This document shows positions 14,275-26,199 of a DNA stretch of 64,000 nucleotides, one piece after another. Position 1 is the stretch's first letter; the number at the start of each line of letters is the position of its first letter. The stretch lies in the NCBI RefSeq assembly GCF_009914755.1, contig NC_060947.1; one strand, 5' to 3'. The stretch is from the human T2T-CHM13v2.0 reference genome, Homo sapiens. A program made the translations under genes and the position numbers. The notes under the pieces were generated by a model that was not told the DNA's origin, ran no database searches, and saw only the letters and a program-made list of their open reading frames with translations.

Positions 14275-15736
14275 GGTGGGCAAAGCCCATGAACATACAC
14301 TTCTCAAAAAAAGACATACATGCAGCCAACAATCATGTAAAAAAATGCTCAACACCACTAATCATTAGAGAAATGCAAATCAAAACTACCATGAGATAAC
14401 ATCTCACACTGTTCAGAATGGCCATTATCAAAAGTCAAAAAATATCAGATGTTGGTGAGGCTACAGAGAAAAGGGAATGCTTATACACTGCTGTTTGGAA
14501 TGTAAGTTAGTTCAATCATTATAGAAAGCAGTTTAGTGATTTCTCAAGAACTTAAAAGAAAACTACCATTCAACCCAGTAATCCCATTATTGGGTATATA
14601 CCCAAAGGAATATAAATTGTTCTAGCATAAAGGCACATGCATGTGTATGTTCACTGCAGCACTATTCACAATAGCAAAGACATGGAATCAATTTAAATGC
14701 CTATCAATGGTAGACTGGATAAAGAAAATGTAGTACCTATACACCATGGAATACTACATAGCCATAAAAAAGAATGAGATCATGTCCTTTTTAACAACAT
14801 GGATGAAGCTGGAGGTCATTATCCTATGTCCACTAACACAGGAACAGAAAGCCAAATACCTCATGTTCTCACCGATAAGTGGGAACTAAATATTGAGTAC
14901 ACATGACCACAAAGAAGGGAACAATAGATACTGAAACTACCTGAGGGTGGAATGTGGGAGGAGGGTGAGAATTTAAAAACTACCTATCAGATACTATGCT
15001 TATTACCTGGGTGACAAAATAATCTGTACACCAAAACCTGAGACATGCAACTTACCTATATAACAAACATGCACATATACACCTGAACCTGAAATGAAAG
15101 TTTAAAAAGTTTTTTTACACATCACATTGTACCCTATAAATATATTCAATACAAATGGTGGGTCTAAGTTTGTTCCACTGTTTTCTACAAATTTTTCATT
15201 GTGTTTCATTGTGGATTTAAGAGATGAGCTAATAAATTGATTTAGGCTCTAATAAATGCAATAGATGTATAGGATGTGTATACACATTATAGTAGAAGTC
15301 AAAATCCTCCTTTTTTCTCTAGAAAGCAAGATGTATTCTCTATACTTACTCTTTGGAAGGGCAATTATTTGCTTTAGTAAAACTGTAGTTGGAGATGCAA
15401 TGAAGCATAACAAAGCAATGATATTATGATGGTGTTAGGTTATTGATTCAAGAAAACTTAAATATTGCCTCAATTCACCTGTCTCTCCTTTTGAGGAGCT
15501 CAGAAGAGAGAAACAAAGACATCTGCAAGTCAGGCCAAGTAAAACTTTAGATTACTAACAGGAATTTTGCTTCTAATCCCAAGTGTGAGGCTCCAATAAC
15601 TTGGGCTGGGTCCCATGGCTGGCTCATTTACCCAAGCAAAGTTGACTTCAGTGGCCTAAAACCAAAGCATCCTAAAGGCCCATTTTGCCTCTCTTTCCTA
15701 AGTTCAAAAGTCACCGCTTTACTAGGACAAAAAGCC

Positions 15737-15990
15737 ACCAATGTTCATAGCACATTATTCACAATAGCTAAAAGTGGAAATAATCCAAATATCCACCAGC
15801 AGATGCATGGATAAACAAAATGTGGCATATGTATATAATATCGCATAGCCTTAAAAAATAAGATTCTACAAATTCTACAATATGGATAAACCTTGAGGAC
15901 ATTATGCTAAGTGAATCAGCCAGACACAAAAGGACAAATATTATATGATTCCATCTACATGAGGTAGCTAGAGTAGTCAAATTTAGACAT
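15737..15990 (+). mobile_element. Old L1M (L1MB/MC-like) 3' fragment
   Basis: ATGTTCATAGCAC...GGATAAACAAAATGTGGC...GAGGACATTATGCTAAGTGAA...AAGGACAAATATTATATGATTCCA. Confidence 0.8.
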
Positions 15991-16689
15991 GGAAATATTT
16001 TGTAGAGAAGATCCTTTCATTCAGATACAAACATTTTGGGAAAATGAAAACACATTATGTAATGAAGTCAAGATATTGAATAAGTTGACAGTTCAATTTG
16101 GGTAACACGACCATAAATAAGACCACAATTGAATGTAATTTTTGTTGTTGTTGCCTGTTAGTTTATTTTTAGTCTTCCCATTTAGTTTCTACCTTTCTCT
16201 CCTGACTTTCTTCTGTTTCCATTTTTCCCACTCTAATTTTTCTCCTTCTTTTAATTCTGTTTTTCAATCATCTTACACCTTTTGCTGCTATTTCTTTGCC
16301 TTCTTACCTGCATTTGCTCCTGTCTACCTCAGTCTTCCCCTCCCTCTTTTCCCCCTAGACTTGGAATTCCTACCCCAGATGGGTTTTGTAGGAAGATCAA
16401 AGCCTCTATCTCTCCTTTTGCTTTCAGCCCTATTCCTCGGTAATAACAATGGTGTGGAGGCATCTCAAACCTGGTAGTATAGACGGCCCCCAAAGAGAAA
16501 AAACTGATATAGCCTACTTTCAGTGACTAACAAGCTATTAATAGCTGGAGTAAAACAGGTTGAATCAGATAAATTGTTTCACATGACATTACAACTGCTA
16601 TCCAGTGTGAGATTCTACAAGCACATTAGAGTATACTATCTTTGAGGGCAGAGACATCTCACTAACCTTGCATATAATTGACAAACAAA

Positions 16690-16995
16690 TTATTTTTTAA
16701 ATTCTTATTTTTAGAAACAGAGTCTTGCTCTGTTGCCCAGGCTGGAGTACAGTGACACAATCATGGCTCACTGGAGCCTAGAACTCCTGGAATCAAGTGG
16801 TCCTCCCACTTCAGTCTTCTGAGTGGCTGGGACTACAGGCACATGCCACCTCACTTGGCTAATTTTTAAATGTTTTTGTAGAGATCAGGTCCTTCTATGC
16901 TTCCCAGGCTAGTCTTGAGCTCCTGAGCTCGAGCAGTCCTCCACCTTGGCCTCCCAAAGTGCTGGGATTACAGGTGTGAACAACCACACCCAGCC
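16690..16995 (-). mobile_element. Alu (AluJ-like)
   Basis: T-rich tail, then GAGTCTTGCTCTGTTGCCCAGGCTGGAG...CCTCCCAAAGTGCTGGGATTACAGG. Confidence 0.92.
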
Positions 16996-18289
16996 CGAAA
17001 AACAAACAAAGTTTATTTTAATTAGTTACAGCTTATAATTTACATGGCTGATTTTAATTGGTTTAACTAACTCAATCACCTACAGTCACAGAGTAAGATA
17101 ATTTCTGGATAGACAATAAGCTCTTACTATGCAGAACAGGGTGGAGTTCCAGACAACTGGCCCTGGAACCCCATCCCCTGAGTTTGGATCCTGGAACTAT
17201 CCTTACTAGATATATGGCCATGTAAAAGCTACTTGAGTTCTAAAATATTTCCATTTTAAGTAATATCAGAGTCTTTATAAATATTCGGATGTACTTCTAA
17301 TTATTGACACAATGAAATATATTGAAAGCAATGAAATATATTAAGGGCACATTCAATATTGGGTTGCTGTGAGGGTCATAGCATTGGGCAGTCTCAGAAG
17401 TCAGATGGAGGTCTTCTTCTAAGTTCCTGAGCTATGAGGGAGGATGAAGCAAGACTTTCATCACTGTGCAGTGTGAAGACAACACACCTAGTATTCAGAG
17501 TGTTGCGGTTACCTCCACACTGAGGGATCAGAGACAATCTTTGCATGGCATTTCAAGGACACTTTGTAGGAGGCCAAGGTCCAGGCATGTGATGCAAGGG
17601 AAAAAACATTCCATTTTTAGTGAATACATTGAAGTAAAGAAGTGGGTGTCATATACACAGAACACAGCATGCATGAAGAAAAGCCCTAGATAACAATGTA
17701 GGAAAGGCAGGTGGGTGCCAGGTTGCAGACAGCCTAAATAACAGGCTGGAGAACCACCCCTCTTCATGCCTGCATTTGGAACCATTAGTCTCCTTCCTTT
17801 TCTCCGTGTAGTGCAGAGTAATGTCTGCAGCCCTCTCTTGTCCCAAGAAACCACCCTTCCATTTCCCACTCTAATAGACGTCCCTCTGTCTATCCACTCA
17901 AACCCTTCCAACTTTGGGTAGTGGAGACCTGCCTTTTAGTCCATGGGCCAATGAGAACCAAGGTTGGCACTGATAGCTGGAATCTGTTTGTGCTGCCAGT
18001 CAGCTTTCCAGCAAGTCCAAGGGGAACTTATGGGGGCCCATGTCACCTCCAACTCCATCCTCCACCTCTATCCTCAGAGTCAGCCAACCTCCCTTGACCC
18101 CATAATGTGGTTGCCTGGCCTGTGTGATCTGACTTCTTCTGGTGTGTTTTTGAGTCTCTGGAACCAACTCTAAACCCCACCCAGTTGCTCACACTACCAG
18201 GGTCCCTTCCCCTTAAGAACAACATTCAGTCCTTCTCTCCCCACCTTCACTTCCATTGGATCTCTCCATTTCTTAGATATCATCACTAG

Positions 18290-18813
18290 TTGTTCCAGTT
18301 ATACACTACTGCTTAACAAACTGCCCCAAACTTAGAGTCTTAAAATAACAATTTATTATTAGTATTAGTATATTTCTCAAGCTGGGTCAGAAATCCAGAC
18401 AAGGCAAAGAAGGGAAGCTCATCTCTGCTCCACGAAGTCTGGGTCCCCGGCTTAGATGACATGTACTGCTGGGGGACAGAATGGCTAGAGGCTGGCTGTG
18501 TCTCTGTCTCAGTCTCTGTCTGCTTCTCTCTTTTCTGTCACATGAACTCTCCATGTGGCTAGCCTGGGCTCCCTCACAGCATGGCAACCTCAGGGTAGCC
18601 AGACTTTTGAAAGGCTAGCTCAGGGCTTCAGGAGGAAGGAAGCAAAAACTGCCAATCCTCATAAAGGCTAGGTCTGAAGTGGCAGGGCATCACTTCTGCC
18701 ATATTCTATTGGTCAAAGTAATCACAATCCATCCCAAATTTAGCAGATGAGACATAGACTCACTTCTCAATAACACAAGGGTCAAAACTTTGTGGCCATT
18801 TTTAATCAACCAC
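18290..18813 (-). mobile_element. MLT1 (F/G/H-like) MaLR LTR
   Basis: TAACAAACTGCCCCAAACTTAG...TAAAATAACAATTTATTATT...GCATCACTTCTGCCATATTCTATTGGTCAAAG...TTTTAATCAACCACA. Confidence 0.75.
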
Positions 18814-19269
18814 ATGGGACTTGACAGGAGGAGTATAGGACGCTCCCTACTATAGAGTGGACCAAACCTTCAAATGCCTCAGATATTCAACCAACTGGAT
18901 CAGACTTGACTTTGCCTTTTTTTCCTCTGTTATGGCAGATGAGTCCTGGAGAGGTATGCTGTAAGCAAGAAATTTATTTAAAATTTTATGCTTTATAGTA
19001 AATATTTGTGCAAAATTTGCATTTCAGTCTAAACACAGTCTGTTTATGTTAATCTCAACATGTTTATTATTGCCTTAAAACTTCAGGTGAAATTGCCCCC
19101 AGGAAGATGGGTCATAATTGTTCTTTTCTTGCTGTGAACCTTGGTTTTCCGTATCCTGGGTAGAGAAAAATTCATAAGTAGCAGAAATTATTCATAATCA
19201 CCTTAAAGAATGGTTCTGATAATTACAAGAGTTGTTATTAACCAGATTGTCTCTATTAACTGAACAAAA

Positions 19270-19500
19270 CAAATAGCTTATACTCATCAAGTACTTTCTG
19301 GGTGCCAAGCACTCTTTTAAGGATTTTAGTTTTATTAACTCATTTAATTATCACAACAACCTTATGTGGTAGATTCTATTATTATCTCCTTTTTATAAAT
19401 GAGGAAACTGAGACACAGAGAAGTTAGTACCATAGTAGTGGAGCTGTGCTACTAGCTCTAGAGCCTGCACTCGTAGCCATGATACCAGTGTGCCTCCACT
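19270..19500 (-). mobile_element. MIR
   Basis: AACTCATTTAATTATCACAACAACCTTATG...TTTTATAAATGAGGAAACTGAGACACAGAGAAGTTA. Confidence 0.8.
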
Positions 19501-20569
19501 TAATGCTTTAGATGACAGGCAATGCCTGAGGACTGAATCTCACCCTTGGCAGTTCATAAACCTGACTCAGCAGTCCATCAAGGGTGGACCTGTCTCTACA
19601 GAGCAGCCTCTCATCAACCCAGTGTATCCAAAGATGAGATTTATTAATGTGCTTTTGAAAATCAGAATCACAGGGATGGAAATTCTTGAATCCCACTGAA
19701 TAGCATATTCTACTCCTGCAGGGAGCCCTCCACTGGTGGCCAAACCACAGCCAAAGGGAAATATAGACTCCAGACAAAGGAGGTTGACAAGTCCAGGATT
19801 GCGTGATATTGGGCTAAGATTGTCTGATAGTCACACGTCTTTTGGAATAAAGAAATCCATTACACCAAGGAAATTGCTCAAGTTCCTTTTTCAGGTTATC
19901 CCTTTTATAGAGAAGCATGCTAGAAATAACACAGGTGTTTTCCCTGCTGAAATCAGGACTGATTTTGAGAATACCAGAAACCACTTGTTGCATTTCACCT
20001 AGAAGTGGCATCTACAATGAGTACCTGTGCACATTTAATGACACTTCATCTGCATCTTTGATTCTTGCTTTGTGGTGCGCTAAGTAAAAAGCCAAAATAT
20101 TGTTGCATTTCAGTTTATGAAGACTTCCACTTGTCCCTGAGCAAGTTATGCCTTTTCTTGTTCCCAAGCCTTAGTTTATGCTATTCCTGCTCTCCAGATT
20201 GCTATTCTCACCACCTTGTTACTACCCAAATCCTCTCCACTCCTTAATGTTCAATTCTTATGTCACCATTCTGATGTACATGATTTCCCACTCCTACCTG
20301 CCCTCATCCATGCACGGAAGAAAATCGTAGTGATTATTTTATTTTACTTCATATTATATTTCCTTATTTATATCTCTATCCCAACTCTTTCCACCATAGC
20401 CCATGATTCCCAAGGTGGTCTATCTTAGCCTTGCATGTACAGGATTTGTGCTGTAGGTTTGAAATAATTAAACTCTTGTTATATGATTGCATCACAAACT
20501 TATATCTCTGGATTAACTTTCAAAAACTCATTGACAACAATAAGCTGAATCTCAGGCATGCATAATATT

Positions 20570-21170
20570 GATACAACACATATTTATTTAGTGTCTACTA
20601 CTTGCTAATCACGGGACTCTGTATTGGGGGACAGTGATCTAAGATAGTCATGGTCTTTGACTCGTGGAGCTTACAGCCTAGCAGGAAACACACATAATAA
20701 AAGAAGCAGTCACACCAACTGAAGGGCAGCAGGTGTGCTGTGATAGGAAGACAGGGTGTTAGTGGAGCTCATGCCACAAAATCCTAACTGAGCATGTGGT
20801 TGTAGGCAGATAATAAAGAGGATTTTTTTAAAGTTGTGTCAGATAGGCAGAGATACAGAAAAAGTGTTCCCAAAAGAGAGATCAGCACTTGAGAAGACAT
20901 GGAGGTGTGGTAGGAAATAACATGTTGAAGGAAGTGAATGAGGTGGCTTGAGGAGACAGAGAGCGAGGTAGCAGGGATGGTTGAAAGTTGCTGTTGAGAG
21001 GGAGGCAGAAGCCTACTTCAGATGATGTAAAGGTCTTCAGCCATTGTATGGCATTTGCACATTACCCTAAAACCAGTGGGAAGGCACCGATCATTTTTGT
21101 TCTGTTTTTAGAAAAATTGCTCGGGCTGCCATATAGAGAAGAATATGAAGAACAAGAAGGAATAAGAAAG
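20570..21170 (-). mobile_element. L2 fragment
   Basis: CAACACATATTTATTTAGTGTCTACTA...ATGGTCTTTGACTCGTGGAGCTTACAGCCTAG followed by a purine-rich L2 body. Confidence 0.65.
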
Positions 21171-21189
21171 GAGTCTGTGTGAGCTTGGA

Positions 21190-21358
21190 CTCTGATGTAT
21201 CCTCTCTATGTCTCAGTTCTTTACCTGTGAAGTATGGAAAATAATAGTCCCTTTCTCATAAAGCTGTGATGAGGAATAAATGGATTAGTATACATAAAAT
21301 GTTCTACACATTGCCTGGCCAAATATTGGCCTTTAATTAAACATTAGCTATAATTATT
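21190..21358 (+). mobile_element. MIR
   Basis: TCTCAGTTCTTTACCTGTGAAG...ATAATAGT...GTGATGAGGAATAAATG...TGCCTGGC. Confidence 0.7.
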
Positions 21359-22635
21359 AAAGCATTTATTCTTGTACTTTCAGAAAAAAAACTGATATAC
21401 ACACATGTAAGTGTGCATCATATTTCGAATTGGCAATTTCCATTTTTTCTTTTATTCATATTATTAAATACTTAGTTATTACCCTTTTGCTACAGAACCA
21501 AGATGATTTTAGGGCATGAATTATATGGCATGATTCTGTAAGCACAATTTAGACAATATTTCCAGAAGAGTCAACTTCTTTGGAAAGTGGAAATGAGGCC
21601 AGTGTGAAGGGCAATCATTTCAGACTGACAGACTCTTAGGTTCTGTGATGTATCTGGACTGTGCTAAGCAATGTGGGTCCAGCAAGATGGGAGGGTCTCC
21701 CTCTGCCTTTGGACATTACACCTTTAGAGCCTATCAGACCAAGGCACCCACCTGTCTTGAACCAGCTGGGCAACACAAAAAGTCAGATAAATGTCCAAAG
21801 CTTCTATGCCACAGAGGCAAATCAGCATTCCCAAAGTGGGTGTTGAGTGGGGAGCCACAAAAAGTACTCATCGCTAACTAATGATATGGCAACTGGAACC
21901 AAGAAAACATACACCCTTCCAGACTGCCTTTAACGACTGACACACTGCCCTTCTTCATGCTGTCTCTCCCTCCTCCAGCTTCAGTGTCCCCTTCCTAAGG
22001 CTCCAGTTTGCTTAAGCTGCTGTTAGATGGGATAGTTAAATATGCATGCTTTCTATATATTAAAGAAAAAGCCCAAAAGTTCAACATTTTCCTGCTCAAA
22101 GGTGAAAAACAACCCCAAAAGTTTTTCTGGCCTTCATGATTTACTATATCTAATCCTCTGAAGTCTTCATATTTATTATCTAGTTGCATATACTAAAAAA
22201 CTAAGCTGAGATTCTTTGCTCCATCTAGCCTTGTCAGTAGTTTGCATAGTGCACTAAACTGGAAGATTCTGCTGGCCTGAGTAGTTTCCACTTACTCCTC
22301 TCCACTATTTTCAATGCTATTTTCCTCCCATCTACCTCATAGGAAAAGGCAGACCTAGGTCCACAAAAAAAAAATATATATATATATATTTAGGCATCTT
22401 CATTTCCATAAAGTGAGTCTTTTCACATGGAACATATTCCCAAATAGTTAACTATTTTGTTTTGTCTATAATACCAGCTGGCTGGGTTTTACAACCCTTT
22501 TTATTACAAAATAAAACATAGATACAGAAAACCCCACAATGCAATAGGATTGTTCCCTAGTAACCATCACCCAGGTCAAGAAACAAAATTTTACCAGCCA
22601 ACCTAGAAGGCTCTCAATGTTCCATGCCCCCAATC

Positions 22636-22935
22636 TTTTTTTTTTTTTTTTTTTTTGAGATGGAGTCTCACTCTGTTGCCCAGGCTGGAGTGCAGTGGCG
22701 CAATCTCGGCTCACTGCAACCTCCACCTCGTGGGCTCAAGGAATTCTCTGCCGCAGCCTCCCGAGTAGCTGGGATTACAGGTGCCCGCCACCACGCCCAC
22801 TTGGTTTTTGTATTTTTAGTAGAGACAGGGTTTCACCATTTTGGCGAGGCTGGTCTAGGACTCCTGACCTCTTGATCCACCCGCCTCGGCCCCCCAAAGT
22901 GCTGGGATTACCTGCGTGAGCCACCGCGCCCGGCC
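22636..22935 (-). mobile_element. Alu (AluS-like)
   Basis: T21 tail and a full dimer ending CCACCGCGCCCGGCC. Confidence 0.95.
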
Positions 22936-22946
22936 TCGCCCTCAAT

Positions 22947-24700
22947 CTTTTTTTAACTTTTATTTTAAGTGCAGGGGTACATGTGCTCGTTTGTTATATA
23001 GGTAAACTTGAGTCATGCAGGATTATAGTACAGATTATTTCATCACCCAGGTATTAAGCCTAGTGCCCATTAGTTATTTTTCCTGATCCTCTTCCTTTTC
23101 CAGCCCTCCACTCTCCAACTGACCCCAGTGTGTGTTGTTCCTCTCTATGTGTCTATGTGTTCTCATCATTTAGCTCCCACTTATAAGCGACAATATGCGG
23201 TATTTTCTTTTCTGTTCCTGTGTTAGTTTGCTAAGGTCTCCAGCTCCATCACTCTTCCTGGAAAGAACATAATCCTGTACTTTTTAATGGCTGCATAGTA
23301 TTCCATGGTGTACATGAACCACATTTTCTTTATCCAGTCTATCATTAATGGGCATTTAGGTTGATTCCATGCCTTTGCTATTCTGAATAGTGCTGCAATG
23401 AACATATGTGTGCGTGTGTCTTTATAATAGAATGATTTACATTTCTTTGGGTAGATACTCAGTAATGGGATTGCTGGGTCAAAGGGTATTTCTGTTTTTA
23501 GGTTTCTGCGGAATTGCCACACCGTCTTCCACAATGGTTGAACTAATTTATGCTCCCACCAACAGTGTATAAGCATTCCTTTTTATCTGCAACCTCGCCA
23601 GCATCTGCTATTTTTTTACTTTTTAATAATAGCCATTCTGACTGGTGTGAGATGGTATCTCATTGTGGTTTTGATTTGCATTTCTGTAATGATCAGAGAT
23701 CTTGAGCTTTTTATCATGTGATTGTTGGCTGCATGTATGTCCTCTTTTGAAAAGTGTCTGTTCATGTCCTTTGCCTACTTTTTATGGGGTTGTTTGTTTT
23801 CTTGTAGATTTGTTTAAGTTCCTTATAGATGCTGGATATTAGACCTTTGTTAGATGCATTGTTTGCAAACTTTTTCTCCCATTCTTTAGGTTGTCTGTTT
23901 ACTCTGTTGATACTCACCTTTGCTGCACAGAAGCTCTTTAGTCTAATCAGTTCCCATTTGTCTATTTTTGCTTTTGTTGCAATTGTTTTTGGCGTCTTTG
24001 TCATGAAATCTTTGCCCGTTCCTTTGTCCAGGATGGTATTGCCTTGGTTGCCTTCCAGGATTTTTACAGTTTTGGGTTTTACATTTAAGTCTTTAATCCA
24101 TCTTGAGTTAATTTTTGTATATGGTGTAAAGAAGGGGTCCAGTTTCAATCTTCTGCATATGGCTAGCCACTTATCCCAACACCATTTACTGAATAGGGAA
24201 TCCTTTTCCCATTGCTTGTTTTTGTCAGGTTTTCTGAAGATCAGAGAGTTGTGAGTGTGTGGGGTTATCTCTGGGTTCTCTATTCTGTTCCATTGGTCCA
24301 TGTGTCTGTTTTTGTACTAGTACCATGCTGTTTTGGTAACTTTCACCCTGTAGTATAATTTGAAGGCGAGTAGCATGATGTTTCCAGCTTTGTTCTTTCT
24401 GCTTAGGATTGCTTGGGCTATTCAGGCTCTTCTTTGTTTCCATACAAATTTTGAAATAGTTTTTTCTAGTTATGTGAAGAATCTCGATGGTAGTTTCATA
24501 GGAATTGCATTGAATCTATAAATTGCTTTGGACAGTATGGTCATTTTTATGATATTGATTCTTCCTATCCATGAGCATGGGATGTTTTTCCATTTGTTTG
24601 TGTCATCTCTCATTTCTTTGAGTAGCATTTTGTAATTCTCCTTGAAGAGATCCTTCACTTCCCTTGTTACCTGTATTCTGAGGTGTTTTATTCTTTTGTG
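22947..24700 (-). mobile_element. 5'-truncated L1PA (about L1PA12-14); left arm of the inverted pair
   Basis: Poly(T) plus the reverse complement of a 3'UTR; ORF2 C-terminal remnants ([11 protein letters not shown]..., HCWWEHKLVQPLWK). Degenerate TSD GCCCTCAATC / GTCCCTAATC. Confidence 0.95.
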
Positions 24701-24903
24701 CCTGTCCCTAATCTTAGCCCCCTCCTTCCTCTGAAAATAACTATCCTGACTTGCTTTTCTTTGTAGTTTTGTCTCCAAAGAGTACATACTTACTTATTCT
24801 AGTTTAATCTTGCCCATTAAAAAAACTGAAGTCACTTACTTGACAGTTTTCTTCTCCATCTGTTTCTTTTTCTCATGATCTGTTGAATAACTGGGGCAAT
24901 TGA

Positions 24904-25304
24904 TGATATGGTTTGGATCTGTGTCTCGGCCATATCTCATGCTGAATTGTAATCCCAAATGTTGGAGGTAGGGCCTAGTGGGAGGGATTTTGGTCACGGG
25001 GGCAGATACCTCATGGCTTGGTGTTTTCCTTGATGTAGTGTGTGAATTCTTTGAGATCTGGTTGTAAAATGTGTCACCTCCCACCAACTCTCTCGCTCTT
25101 GCTCCTGTTTTTGCAATGCGAAGTGCCTGCCCCAACTTAGCCTTCCAACATGAGTAAAACTCCCTGAGTCCTCCCCAGAACCTGAGCAGATGCTGGTGCC
25201 ATGCTTCCTGGACAGCTTACAGAACAGTGAGCCAATTAAACTTATTTTCTTTATAAATTACCTAGCCCTAGGTATTTATTTATAGCTACACAATGGACTA
25301 ACAC
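24904..25304 (+). mobile_element. MST (MSTA/B-like) MaLR 5' LTR
   Basis: TGATATGGTTTGGATCTGTGTC...GCCAATTAAAC...TTATAAATTACC...GGACTAACACA. Confidence 0.9.
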
Positions 25305-26195
25305 AGAAAGTTGGTACTGAGGAGTGGGGTCTTGTTATAAAGATACCTTAAAATGTGAAAGCAGCTTTGGAACTGGGTAAGGCAGAGGTTGGAAGAGTGT
25401 GGAGGGTGCAGAAGAAGACAGGAAGGTGAGGGAAAGTTTGGAACTCCTTAGAGACTTGTTGGATGGTTTTGACGAAAATGATGATAGTGATATGGACAAC
25501 GAAATCCAGGCTGATGAGGTCTTAGATGGAAATGGGGAACTTATTGGGACTGGAGCAAAGGTCATGCATGTTAGTCTTAGCAAAGAGCTTGGCTGTATTC
25601 TGTGCATGCCCTAGGGATCTGCAGCAGATTGAACTTATGAGTGATGACCTAGAGTATCTGGCAGAAGATATTTCTAAGCAACAAAACATTCAAAATGTGG
25701 GCTGGCTTTGCTCATATGCAGGAGCAAAGGAATGACTTAAAGTTGGAACTTATATTTAAACAGGAGGCAGAAAGTAAAAGTTTGTAAAATTTTACTGGCA
25801 ACCTGGCCATGTGGCAGAGAAATAAAAAGATTTTTCCGAAGCGGAAATTCAAGCAGTTTGTGGAGCAACCACTTGCTAGAGAAATTTGCATAAATAAAAT
25901 GGAGCCAAGTACTAATAGCCAAGACCATGGGGAAAAGGCCTTGAGGACATTTCAGAGACCTCTGCAGTAGCTCCTCCCATCACAGTCCCAGACTGCTAGG
26001 AGGAAAGAGTGGCTATATGGGCCAGGCCCAGGGTCCTGCTGCCCTGCACAGCCTCAGGACACTGCTCCCTTCATCCTCTCTGCTGCAGCTCCAGCCTCAG
26101 CTTAAAGGGACCCAGATACAGCTTGGGCTGCTGCCTCAGAGGGCGCAAGCGGTAAGCCTTGGCAGCTTCCACATGGTATTAAGCTGGTAGGTGTA
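25305..26195 (+). mobile_element. MST-int (MaLR internal region), truncated by L1
   Basis: AAGTTGGTAC primer-binding-like start; characteristic MaLR-int decayed ORF EGAEEDRKVRESLELLRDLL...DSDMDNEIQADEV. Confidence 0.88.
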
Positions 26196-26199
26196 CGTA

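Larger units (their letters stand above)
22495..24900 (-). mobile_element. Ancient L1ME-like 3' fragment split by Alu and L1PA insertions (pieces at about 22495-22635 and 24701-24900)
   Basis: GTAACCATCACCCAGGTCAAGAAACAAAATTTTACCAGC on the left continues as CCTCCTTCCTCTGAAAATAACTATCCTGACTT on the right. Confidence 0.55.

Noticed and set aside
21317-21331. Short hairpin GGCCAA-ATA-TTGGCC
   Set aside because: A 6-bp stem is expected by chance in 64 kb.
25399-25735. Acidic ORF in the spacer of the inverted repeat
   Set aside because: Decayed MaLR (MST-int) internal ORF, common genome-wide.
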